Assembly (NCBI GenBank): GCA_023898585.1
Contig: CP060229.1
Span: 462,763-526,762 of the forward strand
Direction: 5' to 3'
From: Candidatus Nomurabacteria bacterium
Lineage (GTDB): Bacteria > Patescibacteriota > Minisyncoccia > Phycocordibacterales > UBA918
Length of the DNA: 64,000 nucleotides
Positions 1 through 9,818 of the stretch are shown piece after piece (positions within the stretch are counted from its first letter, which is position 1; each line of letters starts with the position of its first letter). Under the pieces are notes generated by a model. It saw only the letters and a list, made by a program, of their open reading frames with translations, did not search any database and was not told where the DNA came from. A program made the translations under genes and the position numbers.

Positions 1-2
1 GT

Positions 3-500
3 ACGGTAAAAGCGGAGGCAAAGTATTCTTCAAACATAAGTGTCGGTAGTCAAGCGGGAAGAAATTCGGGAAGTTTTTCGGACAGTGGCCCAGTTCCGCC
101 CAAGGTGGGACAAACCACCACCTACACTCTCATTTTGGTGGCGGAAGCAGGGGCTAATGACATAACTGACGCTGTCGTTGAAACTTCACTCCCGCTACAC
201 GCTAATTGGAACGATGAATACGAGGCTGAAGGCGCTATTACCTACAACTCGGTTTCGAAAAAAATTAAATGGGAAGTTGGTGAAATCCCCACCGGTCAAA
301 GAAAAGAATTTTCCTTCCAAGTCAATATTTTACCCAGCACTTCTCAAGTCGGATCCTCACCGGTTTTGTTGAACACCCAACAAATGCGGGCAAAAGACCG
401 CTTTACAGGAGCACTCTTGCAAGAAAGCGCCTCAGCTGTTACAACTGAGCTCTCGACCGAGATGGGATTCTCAGAAGGTAACGGGGCTGTCGAACGATAA
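3..500 (+). CDS. 3' fragment of a large surface protein with a DUF11-like conserved repeat domain; the reading frame is open to the window start
   Basis: No stop codon in frame from nt 3. Contains a GxTTTYTLILV..AGANDITDAVVETSLP pattern typical of DUF11 repeat domains. Confidence 0.4.
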   Translation, partial: TVKAEAKYSSNISVGSQAGRNSGSFSDSGPVPPKVGQTTTYTLILVAEAGANDITDAVVETSLPLHANWNDEYEAEGAITYNSVSKKIKWEVGEIPTGQRKEFSFQVNILPSTSQVGSSPVLLNTQQMRAKDRFTGALLQESASAVTTELSTEMGFSEGNGAVER

Positions 501-509
501 AAAATAATT

Positions 510-1913
510 ATGGAAAAAATTTCAGACAAGATGGAAAAGGTGGTTTCGCTTTGTAAGCGAAGAGGATTTGTGTTTCAGGGGAGTGAAATATACGGTGGCC
601 TGGCGGGAGTCTTTGACTTCGGGCCGATGGGAGTTGAACTTTTAAATAATCTGAAGCGAGCGTGGTGGAAGGCTAATGTCTACGATAAAGAAAACTACTA
701 CGGTCTGGACTCCGGCATGTTTAAACACCCTAAAGTATGGGAAGCTAGTGGCCACACCTCTGGTTTTTCCGACCCGCTTGCGGAGTGTCGCGAGTGTAAT
801 ACACGGATTCGGGTCGATAAAGAGCTCGATGCGCTTGGAGTATCGGCTGATGAAAAAATGTCCGAAACCGAAATCAATCGACTTTTTGATGAGTATCGAG
901 AAAAAATCTCGTGCCCCAAGTGTGGTCAGAAAAATTTCACCTCAGCTCACGCGTTTAATTTGTTGGTGAAGTCAAACCTTGGTGATTTTACATCGGAAGG
1001 CAACGACCCTGTTTATTTGCCCGGCGAAGCCTGTCAGGGAATTTATCTTAATTACAAAAATATACTAAACTCAATGTCGCCGAAACTGCCGTTTGGTACG
1101 GCTCAAATTGGTAAGGCGTTTCGTAATGAAATTTCACCGCGCAATTTCCTCTTCCGGACCCGTGAAATAGAGCAGGCCGACACGCAGTATTTTGTAAAGC
1201 CTAATGAAAATAAAGAGGCTTACGAGAAGATCAAACAAGACCGCTTTAATTGGTATTTGTCGCTCGGTATAAAGGAAGAAAATTTGCGATTCAAACAACA
1301 CGAGAACTTGGTTTTCTATGCCTCAGATGCTTGGGACATTGAGTACAATTATCCTTGGGGTTTCGATGAACTTGAGGGTGTTCATGATCGTACCGATTAT
1401 GATTTGACGCAACACATGAAATTCTCCGGTACTGATCTTAGTTACACTGATGGAGAGACCGGAGAAAAATACATTCCGTGGATATTAGAAACGTCAGTTG
1501 GTCTCGGTCGGATGTTTCTCGCTGTTATGTGTGATGCTTATCACGAAGAAGAAATGGACGGAAGCAAACGCACCGTACTCAAGTTGCATCCAGACTTGGC
1601 GCCGTACCGCGTGGCGGTATCACCGCTTCTTAGAAACAAGCCACAATTGGTTGAAAAAGCAAGGGAAGTTTTTGTGTCCCTTAAAAAAGAATTTGGAAAC
1701 GTTGCATGGGACGACAATGGAAACGTCGGCAAGCGCTATCGCCGGCAGGATGAGATTGGCACGCCACATTGTGTGGTCATCGACTTCGACACCCTCGGCG
1801 AAGAAAAACCGGAACTGAAGGATACGGTAACGGTGCGTGATCGGGACACCGGAGAGCAGGAGCGGGTGCCAGTTGAGAAGTTGGTGGAGTTATTTGAGGT
1901 AAGGTGTAGATGA
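510..1913 (+). CDS. glyQS: glycyl-tRNA synthetase, class II, dimeric archaeal/eukaryotic-like type
   Basis: N-terminus GFVFQGSEIYGGLAGVFDFGPMGVELLNNLKRAWW and overall 467 aa architecture of alpha2 GlyRS. Confidence 0.9.
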   Translation: MEKISDKMEKVVSLCKRRGFVFQGSEIYGGLAGVFDFGPMGVELLNNLKRAWWKANVYDKENYYGLDSGMFKHPKVWEASGHTSGFSDPLAECRECNTRIRVDKELDALGVSADEKMSETEINRLFDEYREKISCPKCGQKNFTSAHAFNLLVKSNLGDFTSEGNDPVYLPGEACQGIYLNYKNILNSMSPKLPFGTAQIGKAFRNEISPRNFLFRTREIEQADTQYFVKPNENKEAYEKIKQDRFNWYLSLGIKEENLRFKQHENLVFYASDAWDIEYNYPWGFDELEGVHDRTDYDLTQHMKFSGTDLSYTDGETGEKYIPWILETSVGLGRMFLAVMCDAYHEEEMDGSKRTVLKLHPDLAPYRVAVSPLLRNKPQLVEKAREVFVSLKKEFGNVAWDDNGNVGKRYRRQDEIGTPHCVVIDFDTLGEEKPELKDTVTVRDRDTGEQERVPVEKLVELFEVRCR

Positions 1914-1987
1914 ATATTAAGAAAAGGCCGGCAAGCTTCGCTCATCGGCCTTTTCTTTAGGTCTATTCATGGTACTGTATTCTAACT

Positions 1988-3427
1988 ATGAACCAAAAGC
2001 GGTCTCAATACATCACAACTACGTTGCCCTACGTGAACGCGTCTCCTCACATGGGCCACGCACTTGAGTTTGTGCAAGCCGACACCTTGGCGCGTTATCG
2101 ACGTTTGTTGGGGGAAGAAGTTTTTTTGAATATGGGAGTTGATGAACATGGTCAAAAGGTGTCAAAAAAAGCGGATGAAGCTGGTGTTGATAGGCAAGAG
2201 TATGTCGACAAATACGCTACTGAATTTAACAAACTAAAAGAAGCTCTCGATCTTTCTTACGATAACTTTATCCGCACTTCGAGTGATCCTCATAAGGTGG
2301 CAGCGCAAGAGATGTGGCGTCGGTGCGAGGCGACCGGTGATATCTACAAAAAGAAATACAAAGGCCTTTACTGTGTTGGTTGCGAAGCCTTCAAGGTAGA
2401 CTCTGATCTCATTGATGGTAAGTGCCCCGACCATCAGGTAGAGCCGGAAGAAATTGAGGAGGAAAATTATTTTTTCAAACTTTCGAACTATCAGGATTAC
2501 TTAATTGAGTATCTATCTAAGGAAGAATCAGTTCTGCCGGACTGGCGTCGCGAAGAAGCGCTAAAATTTGTCCAAAGTGGCCTAGATGACCTTAGTATTT
2601 CCAGAGAAAAGTCACGCATGGACTGGGGAATTGACGTGCCGGGAGATGATGGCCATGTGATGTATGTGTGGTTTGATGCGCTCACGAACTACATTTCTAC
2701 GCTGGGTTGGCCGGAAGACAAGACCGGCCAGTTTGAACGGTTTTGGGTAAAAGGAAACACCCTGCAATTGGCCGGTAAAGATCAAGTAAGATTCCAGTCT
2801 ATTATCTGGCAGGCAATGCTCAAAAGTGCGGGAATAAAAGCGACCGACACGGTCTTTTATCATGGCTTTATAAATAGTGGTGGACATAAGATGAGTAAGT
2901 CGCTTGGAAATACAATTAACCCGTATGATCTCGTTGCACGCTATGGTACCGACGCGACACGCTATATCATGCTTCGACATGTGCATCCAACCGATGATTC
3001 TGATCTGACTTGGGAAAAAATGGATGAGTACTATACTGCCAATCTTGTGAACGGTCTTGGTAACTTGACTGCTAGAATTATGAAGATGGCGGAGACTCAT
3101 CTTGATGGTCCAATTGAACGGCCGGAGGTATCCGGTTTTGATTCCGTCTACACTGATGCTCTTGATCGTTATGATTTTCAGAGAGCTTGTGATTTTGTCT
3201 GGGAGAAGGTGGGGGAGATGGACGAAAAAATCACTGAGACCGAGCCATTTAAACTGGTCAAGACAGATAGAGAGAGTGCGATAAAAATAATCAAGGGGTT
3301 GGTCCATGATCTGTATATAGTCGGTCGAATGCTAAATCCGCTAATGCCGGAGACAAACAAGATCATCAAACAAGCAGTATTAGACAACAAAAAGCCGGAT
3401 AATTTGTTTAGTCGTCTAGAGTCATAA
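1988..3427 (+). CDS. metG: methionyl-tRNA synthetase
   Basis: HMGH (HIGH-type) motif in PYVNASPHMGHALE, KMSKS motif, zinc knuckle CVGCEAF..CPDH. Confidence 0.9.
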   Translation: MNQKRSQYITTTLPYVNASPHMGHALEFVQADTLARYRRLLGEEVFLNMGVDEHGQKVSKKADEAGVDRQEYVDKYATEFNKLKEALDLSYDNFIRTSSDPHKVAAQEMWRRCEATGDIYKKKYKGLYCVGCEAFKVDSDLIDGKCPDHQVEPEEIEEENYFFKLSNYQDYLIEYLSKEESVLPDWRREEALKFVQSGLDDLSISREKSRMDWGIDVPGDDGHVMYVWFDALTNYISTLGWPEDKTGQFERFWVKGNTLQLAGKDQVRFQSIIWQAMLKSAGIKATDTVFYHGFINSGGHKMSKSLGNTINPYDLVARYGTDATRYIMLRHVHPTDDSDLTWEKMDEYYTANLVNGLGNLTARIMKMAETHLDGPIERPEVSGFDSVYTDALDRYDFQRACDFVWEKVGEMDEKITETEPFKLVKTDRESAIKIIKGLVHDLYIVGRMLNPLMPETNKIIKQAVLDNKKPDNLFSRLES

Positions 3428-3437
3428 AATCTAATCT

Positions 3438-3971
3438 ATGAAAAAACTCCTCATCTTGCCGGGCAATAGTAAACTAAACGAGATCTGGGGTGAGGCGTGC
3501 GCGAGATTTTTTCATAAGGATTTTGCTTACATTTATCTGATGCGTTATGAGCACTGGATAACCGAGGGGCCGATCAATATTCCGCTGGAGATCGAGAAAA
3601 TCGCTAATACGGTAAAAGACGGTGAAGCAGATGATGAGTGGTACGTCTGTGCCAAGTCAATTGGCTCGATAGTCACACTCTTAGCGACAAAGGAAAAAGC
3701 GATTGAGCCTAAAAAATGCATATTCTTCGGCATGCCACTAGATATCGCGGATGAGGAAGCTTTTAATGATGACTGGTCTCCTTTGTCTGATTTTTCTGTA
3801 CCGATGTTGGTTTTTCATAATGACGAAGATCCGGTTGCTTCCAACGAGTTTACCAAAACCAAACTCGAAGAGATGGGTCAGAACGTGAAGTTTATACAAT
3901 TGTCTGGAACGGATCATACCTACCGAGATTTTTCTTCCTATCAAATGGAGATAGATAAATTCCTTAAGTGA
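3438..3971 (+). CDS. alpha/beta-fold serine hydrolase, RBBP9/YdeN-like
   Basis: AKSIG nucleophile elbow, later Asp and GTDHTY His; 177 aa. Confidence 0.4.
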   Translation: MKKLLILPGNSKLNEIWGEACARFFHKDFAYIYLMRYEHWITEGPINIPLEIEKIANTVKDGEADDEWYVCAKSIGSIVTLLATKEKAIEPKKCIFFGMPLDIADEEAFNDDWSPLSDFSVPMLVFHNDEDPVASNEFTKTKLEEMGQNVKFIQLSGTDHTYRDFSSYQMEIDKFLK

Positions 3972-3972
3972 T

Positions 3973-4263
3973 ATGGAGCAGTTAACAGAAATACAGGAAC
4001 GAAACAAACGAGTCGAGCTGGATAAAGCCTGGGAGACGAGTATAGCTAGGCGGGGTATTATCGCTAGTCTTACGTATTTAGTGGCAGTCATATTCATGTA
4101 TCGGATCGGTGTGTCAGATGCCTATCTCAATGCTCTAGTGCCAACCGGTGGCTATTTGCTCTCAACTCTCTCGCTCCGAGTGGTTAAAAGACGGTGGATC
4201 AAAAATCGGATTGTCAAGGACCCTGTCGACAGAGTAAAGCGCGACCAAAGACCTTTCGATTAA
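3973..4263 (+). CDS. small hypothetical membrane protein
   Basis: ORF with a central hydrophobic helix; its C-terminal residues are encoded by the palindrome. Confidence 0.3.
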   Translation: MEQLTEIQERNKRVELDKAWETSIARRGIIASLTYLVAVIFMYRIGVSDAYLNALVPTGGYLLSTLSLRVVKRRWIKNRIVKDPVDRVKRDQRPFD

Positions 4264-4287
4264 TCGAAAGGTCTTTGGTCGCGCTTG
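4236..4287. repeat. perfect 52-bp palindrome AAGCGCGACCAAAGACCTTTCGAT|TAATCGAAAGGTCTTTGGTCGCGCTT between convergent genes; acts as a bidirectional terminator or operator
   Basis: Read directly from the sequence; core CCTTTCGATTAATCGAAAGG recurs at 4707-4726. Confidence 0.8.
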
Positions 4288-4688
4288 AAAGCTTCAGACC
4301 GATGAGTTTGACCGTAGTGGGGCAAAACCCCTCCCAAGTGTAATATTGAATCAATGGTGTCAATTAGCTCAAGAAACTTATTTTTGTCTCTGGCTAGAAC
4401 TTTTAACAATCGATCATAAGCACTGCTATCAAGCCGTGATTTGAAACCCTTTGCGGTTGAAGTGCTGATTTTTAGCGTTCCTGATACTTTGTAAATTGAC
4501 TGACCTTGGTTAAGCATGATGATGGCGGCTAAACGTTTAGCTAGAAGGATCTTTTCTTCAGTGCCCAAAAAATCCTCCAAAAACAAAGAAGATTGTTTTG
4601 CGTTCAAACTACCTAGGGTGGAGTTGAGCTGGTTGAATAGTTCATTTAAAGTGGTCTTGCTTAGTTTGTGTCGCGATACATGAACCAT
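4260..4688 (-). CDS. TrpR-like YerC/YecD family helix-turn-helix protein
   Basis: LFLEDFLGTEEKILLAKRLAAIIMLNQGQSIYKVSGTLKISTSTAKGFKSRL matches the YerC pattern FFDDL..E...LAQRL.VA.ML..G.SY..I....G.STATISRV.RSL. Internal start MVHVSRHK chosen because the longer ORF starts inside the upstream palindrome. Confidence 0.65.
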   Translation of the reverse strand: MVHVSRHKLSKTTLNELFNQLNSTLGSLNAKQSSLFLEDFLGTEEKILLAKRLAAIIMLNQGQSIYKVSGTLKISTSTAKGFKSRLDSSAYDRLLKVLARDKNKFLELIDTIDSILHLGGVLPHYGQTHRSEAFKRDQRPFD

Positions 4689-4700
4689 ACAAACAATCGT

Positions 4701-4732
4701 ACCAAACCTTTCGATTAATCGAAAGGTTTTAT
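4701..4732. promoter_or_regulatory. second copy of palindrome core (AAACCTTTCGATTAATCGAAAGGTTT) immediately upstream of the YerC-like gene; candidate operator
   Basis: Sequence identity of the 20-bp core with the 4236-4287 palindrome. Confidence 0.5.
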
Positions 4733-4750
4733 TGTGGTAAGATAACGACA

Positions 4751-5602
4751 ATGGATTACAAATTTTTTGACACCCACGCGCATTTGAACTTATCGGCTTT
4801 CAAGGAGGATGTTGATGTGGCGGCGGAAAAATGTGCCAAGGAAGACGTGGCGGTAATCAATGTTGGAACGACAGAAAAATCTAGCAAGCGAGCGGTTGAA
4901 TTAGCGCAGAAACACGACAACCTATACGCCATCATTGGTTTACATCCCATTCATACCGTTCCTGGTAATCATGACGAGGATGAAATCGGTGAAGGTGGCA
5001 AACCGTTTGTAAGCAAAGGAGAGATTTTTGATAAGGAATACTACCGGGAGCTGGCGAAGGGTGAAAAGGTGGTGGGGGTTGGAGAGTGTGGTTTTGACTA
5101 TTGGCACTGTCCTTCAGAAAGCCACGAGACGCAGGAACAGGCCTTTGTTGCTCAGGTAGAATTGGCAAACGAGCTGAATCTGCCACTCATGATCCACACT
5201 CGTGGCCCCAAGCCGGGGGAGAAAAGTCCGACCGGGCGCAGTGTTTACACTGACGTTTATGAAGTGCTTAAGCAGTATGCTAAGGTGCCGTTCAATGTAC
5301 ATTTCTATGTCGGTACCTATGAAGAAGCGGTGCGCTTTTTCGAGCTCGGAGGCACCATTTCTTTCACCGGTGTCATCACTTTCGCCAAGGACTACGAAGA
5401 GGTTGTTAAAAACGCGCCACTTAACCGCATACATGCCGAGACGGATTGTCCGTTTGTTGCTCCCTTGCCTTATCGTGGAAAAAGATGTGAGCCGTGGATG
5501 GTGAAAGAGGTTTATAAAAAAATCTCCACGATAAAAAACGAAGATGAAGAAAGGGTGAGAATTCAGTTACTGGAAAATGCAAATAACTTCTATTCCGTAT
5601 AG
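4751..5602 (+). CDS. tatD: TatD-family metal-dependent hydrolase/DNase
   Basis: N-terminal FFDTHAHLN motif and TatD-length TIM-barrel (283 aa). Confidence 0.85.
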   Translation: MDYKFFDTHAHLNLSAFKEDVDVAAEKCAKEDVAVINVGTTEKSSKRAVELAQKHDNLYAIIGLHPIHTVPGNHDEDEIGEGGKPFVSKGEIFDKEYYRELAKGEKVVGVGECGFDYWHCPSESHETQEQAFVAQVELANELNLPLMIHTRGPKPGEKSPTGRSVYTDVYEVLKQYAKVPFNVHFYVGTYEEAVRFFELGGTISFTGVITFAKDYEEVVKNAPLNRIHAETDCPFVAPLPYRGKRCEPWMVKEVYKKISTIKNEDEERVRIQLLENANNFYSV

Positions 5603-5725
5603 CATGGTGACAGTTTCATGAAGGTTTTTCAGAATTTACGCTTTGTTTTTGGGTTTTTCGGGACTATAATTCATTGCAGACGAATCAAGTAATATTGAAT
5701 ATTAAATAATGTCTAAAGAAAAACT

Positions 5726-7735
5726 ATGTATAGAAAGATTTTAGTGTTGTCGTTTCTAGTGTTTGCGTTGTCCGGGGTTAACTCAGTGTACGCAGTCAGT
5801 AGTCAAGGCAATGATCTCGGAGAGCTCAAGGCCTGTTACTACAAAAGCGCTACTGACTTTTGTGCCAAAGCTGATTTTAATGGTGACGGTACCGTAAATG
5901 CCGGTGATCTCGGTTTGTTAAAATTAGCAACCGGCTATGACACTAACAGTGACGGCATTGTAGACCTGAATCCAAGTGGAGACGAAGTAGTATTCATTAA
6001 AAAAGAATGTGTCTTGGACGGAAAGACTTGTGATCTGAAGTGGGATTTAAATAGCGATGGTTCGGTTACAAACACTGATGCTGTGATGCTGTCTCGTATG
6101 ATACTAGGTCTTAGTCCTTATGAAGGGAAGAGTCTCACCCGGTTCGACCTCAATGGTGATGGCGTTATCGACGTTAATTCACCATATGTCAAAGTTAAAT
6201 CACCAAACGGTGGGGAAGAATTCAAATACGGTGAAGCCACCAAAATCACCTGGGATTCAGTAGGTGTTGACAAGGTGAGTATCGGTTGGTCGGTAGGCCA
6301 AGGATCACTCAATTGGATTGCTACAAATATTCCCAATTCTGGTTCATACGACTGGGAAGTCATTCCGGGCAATATGCTCGATGGACAGAGCAAGGAAGTC
6401 AAGATTCAAATTATTGGTTACATGACTGGTACTGGATCAAAGACCGATGATTCAGATGGTTACTTTACGGTCAAGAAGGCGAATGAATCTGTTGAATCGA
6501 CGACAAATCTTGAGTTACGTGTAGATCCCAATAAGGTTTTAAGTGGAGGGATGTTAAAAATACGTTGGAATAATACTAGCGCAGACTATTATATGCTAGG
6601 AGTAGGCAATTGTGATTCCGGAGAGTATACAGGCGGTAAGGCACGACCGAATTTGTGTACAGAATCAGAGAGAATACCTGGTGATGGTAAAGATGTAATG
6701 ATGATCGAAGACATTATTTTCTACAACACGTCAAATAAAACCGGTACAGTTCAACTCAAATTAGTATCTTACAAAGATGATCAAAAAGTACAAACAGACA
6801 GTGTCGATGTCACCATTGTTCCTGACAACGAGGATTCGACGGAACCAATAAAAGTGATTTTACCAAATGCGGGTGGAGTATATGAAATAGGAGATAAGGT
6901 AAAGATTAGATGGAAGGGAAAAATGCAAGCTATTCGCATTTTTGAAGTGGACTCAAGGGGCGAATTTATAGTTGATGGTTACAGTAAGAATATCGTTGAA
7001 CATTACAACATCGTTGATGATTCCGGTGTGTATTATTGGGTGATTGATGAAGATATTCCAGCCGGTTCGTATAAAATTCAAGTTGAGGGTTGTTGTGGCG
7101 AGATTGGAGGTTTTGATGACAGTGATCGTCCAATCAATATCGTCGAAAATGCTCACGAGGTTAATGACGGCTTACCAGCAGGAATAAAGGCAGATTCTGA
7201 CATTGTGAAATATTGTGATGTCAAAGATAGTATTTCAGACGCCTGTGCTGGTGTCGATTTTGACGGAGATGGTCAATTTTCAAACAAAGATTTACGGATG
7301 TTTAATGATGTTGCGAGATATGACACCAACGGCGACGGTGTGGTAGACCTTAATCCCAAAGGAGACGAAGTAACATTCATTAAAAAAGAATGTGTCTTAG
7401 GAGGAAAGACTTGTGATCTGAAATGGGATTTAAATGGCGACGGCAAAGTGACTAATTCTGACGCTGTCCTACTTTCTCGTATGATGATGGGTCTTAGTCC
7501 TTATGAAGGGAAAGGTCTGAAAAGATTTGACTTGAATGGAGACGGGGTGGTAGACCACTTTGGTAAAACCGAGGTCCAGGAAGAGAGAGGCAATCCCATT
7601 CCATCGAAGTATCAAGATTATGGTAAAACCACTGATCAAGCGGAATTGCAAAGGCAGATTCAAGAACTACTCCAACTGATTATTCAGTTGTTGAGCAAGA
7701 AGATTGTCATGATAACAAGCTCGCCCCAGGTGTAA
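5726..7735 (+). CDS. secreted protein with paired dockerin-like Ca-binding repeats at both N- and C-terminal ends and a beta-rich middle
   Basis: Signal peptide MYRKILVLSFLVFALSGVNSVYA; DxNxDGxVxxxD repeats (DFNGDGTVNAGDLGLL, DLNSDGSVTNTDAVMLSRMILG, DLNGDGVIDVN) duplicated near the C-terminus. Confidence 0.5.
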   Translation: MYRKILVLSFLVFALSGVNSVYAVSSQGNDLGELKACYYKSATDFCAKADFNGDGTVNAGDLGLLKLATGYDTNSDGIVDLNPSGDEVVFIKKECVLDGKTCDLKWDLNSDGSVTNTDAVMLSRMILGLSPYEGKSLTRFDLNGDGVIDVNSPYVKVKSPNGGEEFKYGEATKITWDSVGVDKVSIGWSVGQGSLNWIATNIPNSGSYDWEVIPGNMLDGQSKEVKIQIIGYMTGTGSKTDDSDGYFTVKKANESVESTTNLELRVDPNKVLSGGMLKIRWNNTSADYYMLGVGNCDSGEYTGGKARPNLCTESERIPGDGKDVMMIEDIIFYNTSNKTGTVQLKLVSYKDDQKVQTDSVDVTIVPDNEDSTEPIKVILPNAGGVYEIGDKVKIRWKGKMQAIRIFEVDSRGEFIVDGYSKNIVEHYNIVDDSGVYYWVIDEDIPAGSYKIQVEGCCGEIGGFDDSDRPINIVENAHEVNDGLPAGIKADSDIVKYCDVKDSISDACAGVDFDGDGQFSNKDLRMFNDVARYDTNGDGVVDLNPKGDEVTFIKKECVLGGKTCDLKWDLNGDGKVTNSDAVLLSRMMMGLSPYEGKGLKRFDLNGDGVVDHFGKTEVQEERGNPIPSKYQDYGKTTDQAELQRQIQELLQLIIQLLSKKIVMITSSPQV

Positions 7736-7788
7736 TAAAAATTAAGATAGTCAAAAAAGTCTCCCGTAAGGGAGACTTTTTACTTGCT

Positions 7789-8718
7789 CTAGTCAAACAG
7801 CTTTATGAGATATTCGTTTATTTCGCGTTGGTCCATGGTGTAGAAGGTCTCATCAGACCGGTTTAGATGGCGAGCCAATTCGACGCCGACGAAACGCCAG
7901 TGCCATGGTTCATAAACATAAAAACCATTATCTTTGGGGTAGGAAAGGATAAAACCGTATTTATAAGCGTTATCAAGTAGCCACTGGTATTCTTTAGTTT
8001 CGGCAAAACTAGTGTAAGCACCACCCACCCCAGGAGTGGTAAGATCAAGGGTGGTTCCAAGTTGGTGTTCCGAATAACCTTGATCGGCGGAAAAAGCGTT
8101 GGCGCCGGTGCCGTAGACTTGAGTAAACTGACCTTTCAGATCCACCTGCTCATCAAATGAACGATAGGCGGAAACGATCTTCAGATCTAAATCGTCTTTA
8201 GAAGAAGCTTTTAGCATATCTTCCAGATGATCGATGGCTTCTGCGTTAAAATATTGGTCTTTCTTTCCTTCGAGTATGTATTTGTCATCTATTTGTTTGA
8301 GTTTTTTCGGCACATAGTTTTCGTTGAGGAAATAAACCTTAGAATATTTTGCAAGCAACTCTTTGTCGATTTTGGCCAATTTATCAAGGTCATCGAGTGT
8401 GCCAGAAAGGTTGCGGATTTGGCTTTCAAAATCTTCGTTGCGATTTTTCTCATTACGGTAGTTGTCTGCCAAATCATCGAGATCGTCTTTGATTTTTTCC
8501 AAATCGACCTGCAGTTCTGCTATGGTGGTGCTGGCGATTATTAAATCAGCGTCTTTCTGGTTGTTCTTTTGCAGTAGGGTGTTGCGCTCTTGAAGAAGAT
8601 TCTCAATCTTGACGTCCTTGTCTTCTCCTTCTAGATAGAGGTAGCTGGCGGAAATAATACCTATGACAGCAATCAGTCCACATATGTAAACTACGACATC
8701 GTGAGAATTTTTCATCAA
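7789..8718 (-). CDS. VanY-type D-alanyl-D-alanine carboxypeptidase (peptidase M15B) with N-terminal TM anchor and coiled coil
   Basis: SEHQLGTTLD and EPWHWRFVG motifs; N-terminal hydrophobic helix. Confidence 0.65.
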   Translation of the reverse strand: MMKNSHDVVVYICGLIAVIGIISASYLYLEGEDKDVKIENLLQERNTLLQKNNQKDADLIIASTTIAELQVDLEKIKDDLDDLADNYRNEKNRNEDFESQIRNLSGTLDDLDKLAKIDKELLAKYSKVYFLNENYVPKKLKQIDDKYILEGKKDQYFNAEAIDHLEDMLKASSKDDLDLKIVSAYRSFDEQVDLKGQFTQVYGTGANAFSADQGYSEHQLGTTLDLTTPGVGGAYTSFAETKEYQWLLDNAYKYGFILSYPKDNGFYVYEPWHWRFVGVELARHLNRSDETFYTMDQREINEYLIKLFD

Positions 8719-8801
8719 ATTATTCTAGCATGCGTTATATATTGAAGCTAAACTTTATTTGTGGTACTGTTCTCCCGTTATTAGATTAAGACATTAATAT
8801 T

Positions 8802-9323
8802 GTGTCTGAACAAAAAATGCCAGTAGCCGAAGCGGGCTCATACGAACTTGCTTTCCACGTACTTCCAACGGTTGCTGAAGGGGAAGTGGCTAATGTTTTT
8901 CAGAGTTTGAAAGACATGATCACCAAAAAAGGTGGCGAAATTACAATTGAAGAGGCACCGTCTCGGTTTGATTTGGCTTATGAGATAATCAAATATCTCG
9001 AAGGTCGTAATCGAAAGTTCACCAGCTCATATTTTGGTTGGGTTCGATTCACAATCAGCCCCGATAAAATTGAGGAGATTGACGCCAAAGCGGAAGGAAT
9101 GAACGAGCTGTTGCGACACATTCTCATCAAATTAACCAAGATTGAAGAAGAAAATCCATTCATGTTCCATGAGTCACTGGATAAACATAAGACAGAGACT
9201 ATCAATCTAGACGAGGAAGATTCGGAAGAGGAGAGTAGTGAAAACGAAGATAGTGATGAAGAGGCTCCCGACCCGGAAGAAGATTCAGTTGAAGATGGAG
9301 AAGAATCAGAAGAAAAGGTATAA
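8802..9323 (+). CDS. rpsF: ribosomal protein S6 with long acidic C-terminal tail
   Basis: YELAFHVLP...RFDLAYEI pattern; sits directly upstream of ssb and rpsR (conserved rpsF-ssb-rpsR order). Confidence 0.65.
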   Translation: MSEQKMPVAEAGSYELAFHVLPTVAEGEVANVFQSLKDMITKKGGEITIEEAPSRFDLAYEIIKYLEGRNRKFTSSYFGWVRFTISPDKIEEIDAKAEGMNELLRHILIKLTKIEEENPFMFHESLDKHKTETINLDEEDSEEESSENEDSDEEAPDPEEDSVEDGEESEEKV

Positions 9324-9365
9324 TTCGTATATCTATTATTCGTAAGAAGATTCTAACTGAAAATT

Positions 9366-9818
9366 ATGTATCTTAACAAAGCAATGATTTACGGAAATCT
9401 GACCCGAGATCCGGAACTTAAAGTTCTACCAAGCGGAATCAACGTCTGCTCTATGGCGATTGCTACGAATCGTGTCTACAAGGACAGAGACGGCAACAGA
9501 CAAGAAAGTGTTGATTATCACAACGTGGTGGTATTTGGAAACCAAGCGGAGAATAGTGCCAAGTATCTGGCAAAAGGTAATGCCGTGTATGTTGAAGGAC
9601 GACTACAGACCCGTAGTTGGGACAAGGACGGACAAAAACAGTACCGGACAGAAATCATAGCAGAGCGCGTTCAATTTGGCCCCAAGAATAGCGGTGGAGG
9701 AGGGATTTCGTCCGGAGGCGATACTCCTTCCCAGACGAAAGGATCAATTGAAAACAAAGCTCCCGCGGTGCCGGATTATCCGGAGGAAGAAATCAATCCT
9801 GAAGATATTCCTTTTTAA
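9366..9818 (+). CDS. ssb: single-stranded DNA-binding protein
   Basis: OB-fold N-terminus MIYGNLTRDPEL..., Gly-rich linker, C-terminal acidic DIPF tail. Confidence 0.9.
   Translation: MYLNKAMIYGNLTRDPELKVLPSGINVCSMAIATNRVYKDRDGNRQESVDYHNVVVFGNQAENSAKYLAKGNAVYVEGRLQTRSWDKDGQKQYRTEIIAERVQFGPKNSGGGGISSGGDTPSQTKGSIENKAPAVPDYPEEEINPEDIPF

Noticed and set aside
2612-3307. Long antisense ORFs inside metG (231 aa), secD (46684-47073, 47563-47967), the 49989 gene (50312-50944) and folD (45650-46180).
   Set aside because: They are antisense to genes with strong homology. No independent support.
4689-4751. Full-length 163-aa version of the reverse-strand regulator ORF.
   Set aside because: Its first 21 codons are just the translated upstream palindrome. 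Internal start MVHVSRHK preferred.
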